From: a bacterium
GTDB taxonomy: Bacteria; Vulcanimicrobiota; Xenobia; Xenobiales; JADMJV01
Direction of reading: 5' to 3'
Assembly: GCA_018780265.1 (NCBI GenBank)
Contig: JADMJV010000021.1
Coordinates: forward strand, 64,001-86,682
DNA: 22,682 bases
The notes beneath the pieces are model-generated. The model was not told the DNA's origin. It searched no databases and was given only the letters and a program-made list of their open reading frames with translations. A program made the translations under genes and the position numbers. Below are positions 1 to 7,433 of this stretch, in pieces; the stretch's first letter is position 1; the number at the start of each line of letters is the position of its first letter.

Positions 1-685
1 TATCGCGAGCCAGCACCAGTTTGCCCACCGGTTGTCCGCTAAAGTCGGCCAGCGGAGTCAACAGAGTGTGCAGGCTGGGGGTTGCCTTTTGGCCCAACCC
101 GTCCAGAGTGGTCGACCCCTGGCCCTGATTGGGCAAGAGAGCCACCTGAGTAGCCGTGTCTCTGGACAGTTTGGAGACGAACTCCTGATCCAGGCAGATG
201 CCCAGCAGCAGCACTCCCTCGACCACGTCGCCCCGGCGGTAAATGGGCGAAGCGGCAGCCATGTACAGGCCCGACGGGCAGGTCCAGAAAGCGGCCCCCA
301 CCTGGCCCTCCAGGGCTGCCTCCAGGAGCGGGTCGGGCCAGGGCAGAGCCTCCTGAACCCCGTCGGTGCGGGCCCGCGCTTTTCCCTGATCGTCGCAGAT
401 CAAAATGACGTCGAGGGCCGGGTTGTTCTTCTGGGCGTCCTTCAGATAGTCCAGCAGGGTGGCCGGGTCGGTGCCTCGCAAAACGCGCACAAAACCGGCT
501 TCCCCGGCCATGCCCGTGGCCGCGGCCACCAGGCTTTGGGCCTGACTTTTGCTCAGACTCAGCCAAACATTCTCGGCAACTCGCAGCGAGCGGTCCAGAT
601 CGGTCAGAGTCTGGCTGCGCACCGCCGAATAGATCACCCAAAAATAGGCGCCCAGGGCAGCGCTCACCACCAGGGCGATCAACAT
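1..685 (-). CDS. Partial membrane-anchored sensor-like protein; its C-terminus lies outside the window. It has an N-terminal Arg-rich/TM segment followed by a soluble, probably extracytoplasmic, domain. The partner output domain is unknown.
   Basis: Hand translation of the minus strand from ATG(683-685) to the window edge gives MLIALVVSAALGAYFWVIYSAVRSQTLTDLDRSLRVAENVWLSLSK...GKLVLARD. It is in frame and has no stop. The six-frame track omits it because it runs off the window edge. The N-terminal hydrophobic helix is preceded by RLRAR. Alternative GTG start at 707-709. This is the same frame as the upstream cupredoxin gene; the TAG at 716-718 separates them. Confidence 0.45.
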   Translation of the reverse strand, partial: MLIALVVSAALGAYFWVIYSAVRSQTLTDLDRSLRVAENVWLSLSKSQAQSLVAAATGMAGEAGFVRVLRGTDPATLLDYLKDAQKNNPALDVILICDDQGKARARTDGVQEALPWPDPLLEAALEGQVGAAFWTCPSGLYMAAASPIYRRGDVVEGVLLLGICLDQEFVSKLSRDTATQVALLPNQGQGSTTLDGLGQKATPSLHTLLTPLADFSGQPVGKLVLARD

Positions 686-715
686 AAGCAGACGAGCACG
701 CAGTCGCACGGGGGC

Positions 716-1381
716 CTAAAGGGTCAGGTCGACGTGTACGCTGCCCTTGGCCGGCACGTCGATCACTTTGGTCACGGCCGGCAATCGGGGATGCCAGGCT
801 TTGATCACGTGTTTGCCGGCGGGCACGTTGTCCAGCCTGAACTGATGCCCGGCATCGGGGGAGGCAAAAAAGCCACTGTCGAGCACCAATAGATAGGCGT
901 TCATTTCGGGATGAATGGCGCAGAAAAGCTCAACGATTCCGGCCTGGGGAAAGGTGATTTCGCGCGACTCCCCCTGAGGATATTCGGGCAGATGAAAGGG
1001 CCGGCACTCCGATTGGGAGTAGACCGAGTGGAAGATGGAGTCTCCGTTGACAAATTCCACCGTCGAACCCTGGTAAATGGGCAGCACGTAAGGCGCAAAC
1101 TGGCGATTTTTTTGATCCAGTCTGACCCGCGCCGGTTTGTTCTGGCCTCCCGGCGTGTCCAGCAAAAATATCACCACATTGGCATTTTCATCGATGCGGG
1201 TGGGGTTGCGACTGGGGCCCTGATAAAGGGGACCGCCCACCACTCCCGGGTGGCGCTGCAGACTTCCCTTCGGCTTGCGGCCCAGGGGCGAGCGTATCTC
1301 CACGCTGCCTTCGATCGTTCCAGCCTGGGCCGCCCACGTCAAAACACCGATCAGCACCGCCCCAAGCCAAAGAGTTTTCAC
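716..1381 (-). CDS. Secreted cupredoxin (plastocyanin-fold, type-1 copper site) protein with a C-terminal carboxypeptidase-regulatory-like beta-sandwich domain.
   Basis: The ORF track entry is 716..1468 and starts with a TTG. The only other start-like codon before the signal peptide is the GTG at 1379-1381, which gives MKTLWLGAVLIGVLTWAAQA|GT, a good signal peptide. The motifs GDSIFHSV ... FCAIHPEMNAY match cupredoxin copper ligands (His, Cys, His, Met). The C-terminal PAGKHVIKAWHP...VIDVPAKGSVHVDLTL looks like a CarbopepD_reg-like domain. Confidence 0.6.
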   Translation of the reverse strand: MKTLWLGAVLIGVLTWAAQAGTIEGSVEIRSPLGRKPKGSLQRHPGVVGGPLYQGPSRNPTRIDENANVVIFLLDTPGGQNKPARVRLDQKNRQFAPYVLPIYQGSTVEFVNGDSIFHSVYSQSECRPFHLPEYPQGESREITFPQAGIVELFCAIHPEMNAYLLVLDSGFFASPDAGHQFRLDNVPAGKHVIKAWHPRLPAVTKVIDVPAKGSVHVDLTL

Positions 1382-1456
1382 CTGCGCTGCTACTACGTTG
1401 GCACGGCCTTCCCTTTGGCAAGCAGGCCAGCGGCCGGCCACCGAGAACCGTGGCGG

Positions 1457-3847
1457 GTGAAATTGCAAGGCGGGCTGGCAGCAATGCTGGGGGGTTGGCT
1501 GCTACTGGGGTTGGCCGTGGCCGCCCCCTTATTTCCTCCCAACGACAACGACCAGGCAGCCGCCTGGCTGCGATCGCTGGGCCTGGGCGACCCGGGACGC
1601 GCCTCCAGTCGCTGGGAAGTGGCTCTGCAATTATCGCGTGCCCAAGAGCGCCTGCAGGCCGGTCTGGCCCCGCTGCTGAGCAAAACCGAACTGGAACAGA
1701 TGCAAAAATTGCTGGCCGCCTACCAACCGGAGTTGGAGCAAATGGGCGTGCGTCTGCAAACCCTGGAAGACCGGGTGGCCCAACTGGACGAAAGGGTGAC
1801 CGAGCAAGGCCGCATTCGCTTTTCGGGCACCTTTCGCTCCAGTTTTGTCAGTACCGGGGTCAGCAACACAGGCAATCCGCGCGGAGGTTTTGGCCCGGGC
1901 GCCCTCAATTATGACGATCTGGCCGGCAGTATCACCGGGGCTAACCTTACACCGCTCAATCCCTTAGGGGTCGAGCCTGTGATCGATTTTGTCACCGGCC
2001 GCCCACTCTTTAACGCCAACAGCTTCACCAGCGCCCTCCTGCTCAACGTGGAGGCCGACGTCTCCGAGGACGTGCTGGCCCAGCTTCGCCTCTACGCCTA
2101 CAGCTCCCAGGGGAACCCGCTGCTCGATGCCGTCTATGGTGTGCAACCGCCAACGGCGGCCAACCCTTTCGCGGCAGGCACTTCGCCCTTCACCGGCATG
2201 GGCCTGGACCAACTGGCCGTAACCCATATTCCCAGCTCGACCACCCTGACGGTGGGCAGTTTCTTGCCCCGCTACATGTCGCCCCAGGTTTTTTTGGGGG
2301 CCGTCAATCCGCGCGTGGGCGAACCGCGGGTACTGGAGAGTTACGGACTGCATCTGACCGGCGAACTGGACAACCAGCGCTGGGGCTGGGAAGTTTTTGG
2401 CACACGCCTGTATGACGGCAATCCCGGGGTCACCGCCCCCTACAAGAGCTTTGCCCTGGGTGCCGCCCTCAACTATCGCAATGCCGGCTGGTCAGCCACC
2501 CTCAGCGGCCTGCGCGCTTTTGACGACAACGCCACCGCCCCCGGTCTGACCGTGGGCCAGTATACCAACTTCAACCAGGTCGCCGGCCTGGGCACCATGA
2601 ACTGGGTCAACCCGCCCGGCCATTACGTGGGTCAACAAGGCGGTCCGGGCAGTCCGCTGGTGGCCGGGGTTGGCACCACCACCGACAATCGTCCCCTGGC
2701 CGGCATCCCCAACAGCGACGGTTTTGGGCCCCGGGCCACCTTGGGTCCGCAGCAACTGACCATGGGCAGCGTTCACCTGGAGTATGCGCCCGGTGAATAC
2801 ACCCTGAAGGGGGATTACGGACTGTCGGACTATCGACCCAGCCGCAACTCCAGCTTCTCTACGCGAGGCGCCCTGTGGCGCCTGGGGGCGGCCACCGAAC
2901 TGTTCGAGAACAGGCTCCATCTCGAACTCGACTACCGCTATACCGATGCCCGTTACGACCCCATGCTGCTGCAATTTGCCTCGCCCATCGCCGGACTGTC
3001 GCCGTTGCGGGTCTACCACCGCTTTCCCGATCGGGACCAGTTTTGGCAGTTCTGGTCGCTCCACAACACCAACGAATTTCCCCACAACCGTCAGGGTTTC
3101 TGGTTCAATACCCGCTACCAATACGACCCCGATGGTGCGGTCAGCTTCTCGTATCGCAACCTGACCCAGGTGAGCACCTCGCTGCAGGACGTTCGTTTCT
3201 TGCCTGGCGCGCTGGGCCCCACCACCCCCAACACGCTGGTGCTGGGATTTTCTCCGGGTTTCATCGACACCGTTTTTCGCGAGTTTTCTCCGCTCTCGTT
3301 TGACGCCAATCTGCAGCCGCTCGAGAATCCACGAGGCTACGTCTCCAGCTATGCGGCCAAGGTGGGCCACGTCTTTACGGGCACCCCCTGGAAGTTGGAT
3401 GCAGCCTACGACAGCTGGACCTTCCGTCGCTCCACCTCTCTGCCGGCGGCTTTGGGGGGATCGCAAAATCTGGTCGATCTCACCTATGCGGTGGGCGACC
3501 TGGCGGTGGGCTACCGCGTCGACGAAAATCTTATGCTGACACTGGGTTGCGAGCGCTCTACCATTCACGGACACTACGATCCGGGCGGGATTTACAACCC
3601 CCTGGCCATCGCCACCAACCGGAATGATTTCCTCACCCGCGACCTGGTTCAGACCAACCCCTACTTCAAACTGGACTGGAACGTGTCGGACGGAGTCCGT
3701 TTCGGCACCGAGTTGATGCTCTACCATACGGTCGACCGCGTTCCCACTTCGGTCACTCCCGGGCCCCTGAACGGAATCGGTTCCACCGCCCACCCCTTCA
3801 GTTGGGATGGACACCGATTCGGAACCACCCTGGAGGTGGATTTCTAG
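1457..3847 (+). CDS. Outer-membrane beta-barrel porin-like protein. It has a signal peptide, an N-terminal coiled-coil segment and a C-terminal beta-barrel ending in Phe. It is possibly a cyanobacterial OprB/Som-type porin, but no SLH domain is recognisable.
   Basis: The ORF 911..3847 overlaps the minus-strand cupredoxin gene at its 5' end. A plausible start is GTG 1457 (MKLQGGLAAMLGGWLLLGLAVAAPLF), or ATG 1484. There is a heptad-like segment LEQMQKLLAAYQPELEQMGVRLQTLEDRVAQLDERV. The long C-terminal region is rich in alternating aromatic/Gly/Asn/Thr beta-strand patterns and ends ...RFGTTLEVDF, the OMP C-terminal Phe signature. Confidence 0.6.
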   Translation: MKLQGGLAAMLGGWLLLGLAVAAPLFPPNDNDQAAAWLRSLGLGDPGRASSRWEVALQLSRAQERLQAGLAPLLSKTELEQMQKLLAAYQPELEQMGVRLQTLEDRVAQLDERVTEQGRIRFSGTFRSSFVSTGVSNTGNPRGGFGPGALNYDDLAGSITGANLTPLNPLGVEPVIDFVTGRPLFNANSFTSALLLNVEADVSEDVLAQLRLYAYSSQGNPLLDAVYGVQPPTAANPFAAGTSPFTGMGLDQLAVTHIPSSTTLTVGSFLPRYMSPQVFLGAVNPRVGEPRVLESYGLHLTGELDNQRWGWEVFGTRLYDGNPGVTAPYKSFALGAALNYRNAGWSATLSGLRAFDDNATAPGLTVGQYTNFNQVAGLGTMNWVNPPGHYVGQQGGPGSPLVAGVGTTTDNRPLAGIPNSDGFGPRATLGPQQLTMGSVHLEYAPGEYTLKGDYGLSDYRPSRNSSFSTRGALWRLGAATELFENRLHLELDYRYTDARYDPMLLQFASPIAGLSPLRVYHRFPDRDQFWQFWSLHNTNEFPHNRQGFWFNTRYQYDPDGAVSFSYRNLTQVSTSLQDVRFLPGALGPTTPNTLVLGFSPGFIDTVFREFSPLSFDANLQPLENPRGYVSSYAAKVGHVFTGTPWKLDAAYDSWTFRRSTSLPAALGGSQNLVDLTYAVGDLAVGYRVDENLMLTLGCERSTIHGHYDPGGIYNPLAIATNRNDFLTRDLVQTNPYFKLDWNVSDGVRFGTELMLYHTVDRVPTSVTPGPLNGIGSTAHPFSWDGHRFGTTLEVDF

Positions 3848-3867
3848 AGGGCTAGAACGCCCCGCCC

Positions 3868-4830
3868 GTGCGCAAAATTGCCCTCAGGCTTGGACTTCTA
3901 TGCTGCGGATTGGTGGTAGGACTGGTTCTGGCCGAATTGGGCCTGCGCCTGGTCTTTCCCACCGACCTGACCAGTGGTGGCTTTCAGATGAATTTTGCGG
4001 CCGGCACCTTGAACAGTTTCGTGGCCGACGACGAATGCGGGTATTTGCCCAAGACCAACTCGGACGAATATAGCGAATTTGGCTGTCTGCACAACCCATA
4101 CAAACGGGAGAAATCTCCCGGCAAGAAGCGCGTCCTCTTCCTGGGCGACTCGGTTACCCATCGGGGTCGCCTGGTCCGGGCCTTGCAGTGTTGTTACGGG
4201 GACGAGCGCTACGAGTATTGGAATGCCGGTGTAGAAAGTTTTAATACTGCTCAGGAATTGGTGCTGTATCGTCGATTCAACGCCAAGATCAAGCCCGACC
4301 AGGTGATCCTGTCTTTCCATAACAACGATTTTATGCAAACTCCGCTGGTCTTTCATAAAGACGGCCGTCTGCAGATGCTCACCCCTCAGCGTGACCGCAA
4401 GCGCATCAACATGTGGTGGTTCGCCAATAGCTATTTTTATCGCTTTCTGATCGGCCTCTCCTGGCGGGGCGATAGCGAGCAAAAGGCCGTGGAGGTTCGC
4501 CAGACTCTGGCCGACATGCAGGCCCTGATGGCCGAGCAAGAGGTCGATTTTCGAGTCATTCTGCTGCCGCTCATGAAGCCCCTCAAAGACTGGGACGATG
4601 GCGAAAACTGGTCGCGCAAACAGAGCACCGCGATGTTCGAATCCCTCAAGATCCGCAGCTACGATCTGCTCCCGAGCCTGGAAGGCATGCTGGCCAAAGG
4701 CACCGCTGTCGAGGAAGAGGCGGGCGATGCCTGGCATCCCAACGATACGGCCGCGGCGGTCTTCGCTGCCGATCTGCAAAAACAGGGCCTACTTATTCTT
4801 GGTGACGAGAAACTTATCCAAAATCAGTAG
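3868..4830 (+). CDS. SGNH/GDSL-family hydrolase (esterase/acyltransferase-like) with an N-terminal membrane anchor.
   Basis: GTG start. N-terminal TM (IALRLGLLCCGLVVGLVLAELGL). Block I VLFLGDSVT (GDS motif with Ser nucleophile). Block V DAWHPND (DxxH). Confidence 0.65.
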   Translation: MRKIALRLGLLCCGLVVGLVLAELGLRLVFPTDLTSGGFQMNFAAGTLNSFVADDECGYLPKTNSDEYSEFGCLHNPYKREKSPGKKRVLFLGDSVTHRGRLVRALQCCYGDERYEYWNAGVESFNTAQELVLYRRFNAKIKPDQVILSFHNNDFMQTPLVFHKDGRLQMLTPQRDRKRINMWWFANSYFYRFLIGLSWRGDSEQKAVEVRQTLADMQALMAEQEVDFRVILLPLMKPLKDWDDGENWSRKQSTAMFESLKIRSYDLLPSLEGMLAKGTAVEEEAGDAWHPNDTAAAVFAADLQKQGLLILGDEKLIQNQ

Positions 4831-6573
4831 GTCCAGGTCGCTGACGCCAAAGGTGTAAAAGGCGTTTTCGGGACTGGTCACCAGCGGTTCACCGCGCAAG
4901 TTGAGGCTGGTATTCATCAACACGGGCGTGCCGGTGGCCTGGCCAAACTGATGGACGATTTCGTAGTAGAGGGGATTGGATTCGCGATCCACCGTCTGCA
5001 GGCGACCGGTGCCGTTGTGACATACGGCCGGAATTTCGGCGTGGCGCTCTTCGGGGATGGGACTGACCATCAGCATGAAACGCTGTGGGTATTGATTGGC
5101 GGCTTTGTCCAGGGTGAAATAGTCCTGCGCCCGCTCCTCGGTGACTACGGGAGCGAAAGGACGGAAAGCCTCGCGGAATTTGATCTTGGTGTTGACCACT
5201 TCTTGCATCTCAGCCTTACGTGGATCAGCCATGATGGAACGATTGCCCAGGGCTCGCGGCCCCCACTCAAAACGACCCTGGAACAGGGCGATCACCTGGC
5301 CCTTGAGCATGGCCGAAACGGCCCGCTCGGCGATTTTTTCCACTTCATCGACCTGCTCGTGGGGCAGTCCGGCCTTCTCGATGGCCGCCCTCTCTTCGGC
5401 CAGGCTGAACGACTGGCCGTAGTAAGCGTGCTTCATAATGAGCTTGCGCGGCTTCTTGAGCAGCACGTGATACACGTAGAGGGCTGCCCCCAGCGCTCCG
5501 CCCGCATCGCCGGCGTTGGGCTGAATGTAGACTTCGTCAAAGAGCGACTGGCGCATGACGCGACCGTTGGCCACGCTGTTGAGCGCGACACCGCCGGCCA
5601 TGACCAACTTCTTGAGGCCCGTCTTGACCTGCAGAGTATTGGCCATCTTCAAAATCGCTTCTTCGGTGAGCAACTGTAGAGAAGCGGCGACATCTGCGTA
5701 ATACTGGTTGCGACCGGCTGCCTCTTCACGACCCCGGATATCGTCGCCCGTCGACTCGGTGAAGAAGGGGCTTTCCGGCTCACGCGGAGGGCCGAAGAGG
5801 GCCACGAACTTGGAGTTGAAAGCGTCGGTCAGGCTCTCGTGAAAACTGAAGTAATCCATGTTGAGCGAGAAGCTGCCGTCTTCGTGAAGGCGGAAGATGC
5901 GCTCCAACTTCTCCATGTAACGCGGCTTACCGTAAGGCGCCATGCCCATGACTTTATACTCGCCGCTGTTGACCTTAAAGCCCAACCAGGCGGTGAAAAC
6001 CGAGTAGAGCAAACCCAAGGAGTGGGGAAAGCGAATTTCTTCGGTCAGTTCCAACTCGTTGCCGGCACCGGTCGTCCAGTCGCCCTTGGCGGTGCCCATG
6101 GCGGTGGTGGTCCATTCGCCCACGCCATCCAGGGTGAGTACAGCCATCTCCTCAAAGGGAGAGCAGAAGGCGGCACTGGCGGCATGACTGATGTGGTGGT
6201 CCACAAAAAGCAGCTTGTCGTGGGGAAAGTCAGGAAACTGCTTGAGGATATCGCCCTTGACCCAAAGCTTATTGCCAAACCAGGCCAGCATGGCTTCGCG
6301 AAAGTGGCGCCACGACCGGGGGAAGGTGTGCAGATGAGTGAGCAAAATGCGCTGAAATTTGGGCAGGGGCTTTTCGTAGAAGACGATGTAGTCCAGATCT
6401 TTTTGTTGAATGCCGCCTTCTTTCAGGCAATACTCCACCGAGGCGGTGGGGAAGCGATGATCGAATTTAATGCGTGAAAAGCGCTCCTCCTGGGCGGCTG
6501 CAACCAGTTCGCCGTCCATGAGCAGGGCGGCCGCCGAATCGTGATAATAAGCGGAAATTCCCAGGATATTCAT
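4789..6573 (-). CDS. NodU/CmcH-family O-carbamoyltransferase.
   Basis: The family-typical N-terminus MNILGISAYYHDSAAALL is at the internal Met; the ORF track extends to 6630, but the conserved N-terminus argues for 6573. Length is 594 aa with a typical two-domain layout (YrdC/Kae1-like). It overlaps the upstream small ORF in a TGATG stop/start arrangement. Confidence 0.9.
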   Translation of the reverse strand: MNILGISAYYHDSAAALLMDGELVAAAQEERFSRIKFDHRFPTASVEYCLKEGGIQQKDLDYIVFYEKPLPKFQRILLTHLHTFPRSWRHFREAMLAWFGNKLWVKGDILKQFPDFPHDKLLFVDHHISHAASAAFCSPFEEMAVLTLDGVGEWTTTAMGTAKGDWTTGAGNELELTEEIRFPHSLGLLYSVFTAWLGFKVNSGEYKVMGMAPYGKPRYMEKLERIFRLHEDGSFSLNMDYFSFHESLTDAFNSKFVALFGPPREPESPFFTESTGDDIRGREEAAGRNQYYADVAASLQLLTEEAILKMANTLQVKTGLKKLVMAGGVALNSVANGRVMRQSLFDEVYIQPNAGDAGGALGAALYVYHVLLKKPRKLIMKHAYYGQSFSLAEERAAIEKAGLPHEQVDEVEKIAERAVSAMLKGQVIALFQGRFEWGPRALGNRSIMADPRKAEMQEVVNTKIKFREAFRPFAPVVTEERAQDYFTLDKAANQYPQRFMLMVSPIPEERHAEIPAVCHNGTGRLQTVDRESNPLYYEIVHQFGQATGTPVLMNTSLNLRGEPLVTSPENAFYTFGVSDLDLLILDKFLVTKNK

Positions 6574-6788
6574 CAGCCTTGCCTTTGCGCTTCCGCCAGC
6601 GTGTGTTCGGCCTTGGGACGATGAATCCACGAAGAGACCTGTTTGTAGCCGTTCAGCCCCAGGGCATCGCCTTGCAAGCGGGCCAGCAGTGCAAAGATGG
6701 GCACCACAAACACGTAAAAGGCGGTGAGAATAAGCCGGGACTGAAATTCACCCACGGCCTGAAAAGATTCCTTGACGTAGCTCAACAT
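6573..6788 (-). CDS. Small (71 aa) single-TM protein translationally coupled to the carbamoyltransferase.
   Basis: ATG at 6788 is preceded by GAAGGA with a 5-nt spacer. There is a hydrophobic helix LILTAFYVFVVPIFALLA. Its stop codon shares one nucleotide with the carbamoyltransferase ATG (TGATG at 6571-6575 on the minus strand). Confidence 0.45.
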   Translation of the reverse strand: MLSYVKESFQAVGEFQSRLILTAFYVFVVPIFALLARLQGDALGLNGYKQVSSWIHRPKAEHTLAEAQRQG

Positions 6789-6803
6789 AGGGGTCCTTCG
6801 TGG

Positions 6804-6965
6804 TTAAAAGAGAGTGTAGAGGAACGGGCCCAGACCCGTAGAGTTGCCGAAGACGATAATGCCGACAAAGACCAGCATAATGCAGAGCATGGGGATCAGC
6901 CACCACATCTTCTCTTTCCAAAGAAAACCCATCAATTCGCGGAGGGTAAGCATTGCCGACTTCAT
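6804..6965 (-). CDS. DUF5989 / SxtK-like small membrane protein (53 aa).
   Basis: MKSAMLTLRELMGFLWKEKMWWLIPMLCIMLVFVGIIVFGNSTGLGPFLYTLF. The ...KWWL(I/A)P...G...PF(I/L)YTLF pattern is the hallmark, from memory, of the small proteins found next to NodU/CmcH carbamoyltransferases (SxtK-type). Confidence 0.7.
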   Translation of the reverse strand: MKSAMLTLRELMGFLWKEKMWWLIPMLCIMLVFVGIIVFGNSTGLGPFLYTLF

Positions 6966-6972
6966 TGGTCTT

Positions 6973-7383
6973 TCAGTCCTTCGGTAAAATTGCGTCGCTG
7001 GCGTCGCTCTGCATGCTGCCGAGCAGGATAGCCGCAATGGCCAGAATCTCGCCAAATAGAACACAGTGCTTCAAACTGGTGGTGCTCCCGGGCGTCAATG
7101 GCCAGGCCAGGTTGTGATTGAAGATCATCACGACTTTGGTCAAAATCCAGCAATTGAAACCAAAAAAGAAGCCCACCATCAAATAGCCGAGCAAAGTGGT
7201 GCGATGCTGGCACAGGGCGAAGAAAATACCCAGTACTGCGCAGGCCACCAGGCCCGGTACGGCGCTTGCTAACGGCACCTTGGCTGCCAAAGTAAAGGCT
7301 GCGCCCGCCAGTGCGCCAATTAACGCGCCGGCCCAGGCTGGAATGACCAGTTGGCCTATAGATGAATGAGTATCTGCTACCAC
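6973..7383 (-). CDS. Polytopic small membrane protein (136 aa), possibly the SxtJ-like partner of the DUF5989 protein. Tentative.
   Basis: GTG start. Three to four hydrophobic helices (AWAGALIGALAGAAFTLAA; GLVACAVLGIFFALC; LLGYLMVGFFFGFNCWIL; VLFGEILAIAAILLG). The stop lies 7 nt upstream of the DUF5989 start on the same strand. Confidence 0.45.
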   Translation of the reverse strand: MVADTHSSIGQLVIPAWAGALIGALAGAAFTLAAKVPLASAVPGLVACAVLGIFFALCQHRTTLLGYLMVGFFFGFNCWILTKVVMIFNHNLAWPLTPGSTTSLKHCVLFGEILAIAAILLGSMQSDASDAILPKD

Positions 7384-7433
7384 AGGCGGCCCGTTCGCTA
7401 GTCAATCCGAGCGTTCCTGTGTATACTGCGATC

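Noticed and set aside
32-892. 286-aa plus-strand ORF and 200-aa minus-strand ORF (39..641) covering the window start.
   Set aside because: Both are Gly/Arg/Pro/Gln-rich with no hydrophobic core or motifs. A third frame on the minus strand gives a coherent TM plus soluble-domain protein, so these are GC-driven shadow ORFs.
911-1456. N-terminal 180 codons of the 978-aa ORF 911..3847.
   Set aside because: This part overlaps the minus-strand cupredoxin gene and is not protein-like. The porin signal peptide begins at 1457/1484, so the real gene starts there.
2492-3814. 440-aa minus-strand ORF.
   Set aside because: Antisense shadow of the porin gene. Gly/Val/Ala/Arg-rich and junk-like, while the plus strand carries the beta-barrel and C-terminal Phe signature.
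3898-4779. 293-aa minus-strand ORF opposite the SGNH hydrolase.
   Set aside because: No motifs. The plus-strand frame carries the GDS(L) and DxxH blocks.
4951-6477. Plus-strand ORFs of 242 aa and 212 aa inside the carbamoyltransferase region.
   Set aside because: Antisense shadows of a very well-supported carbamoyltransferase gene.
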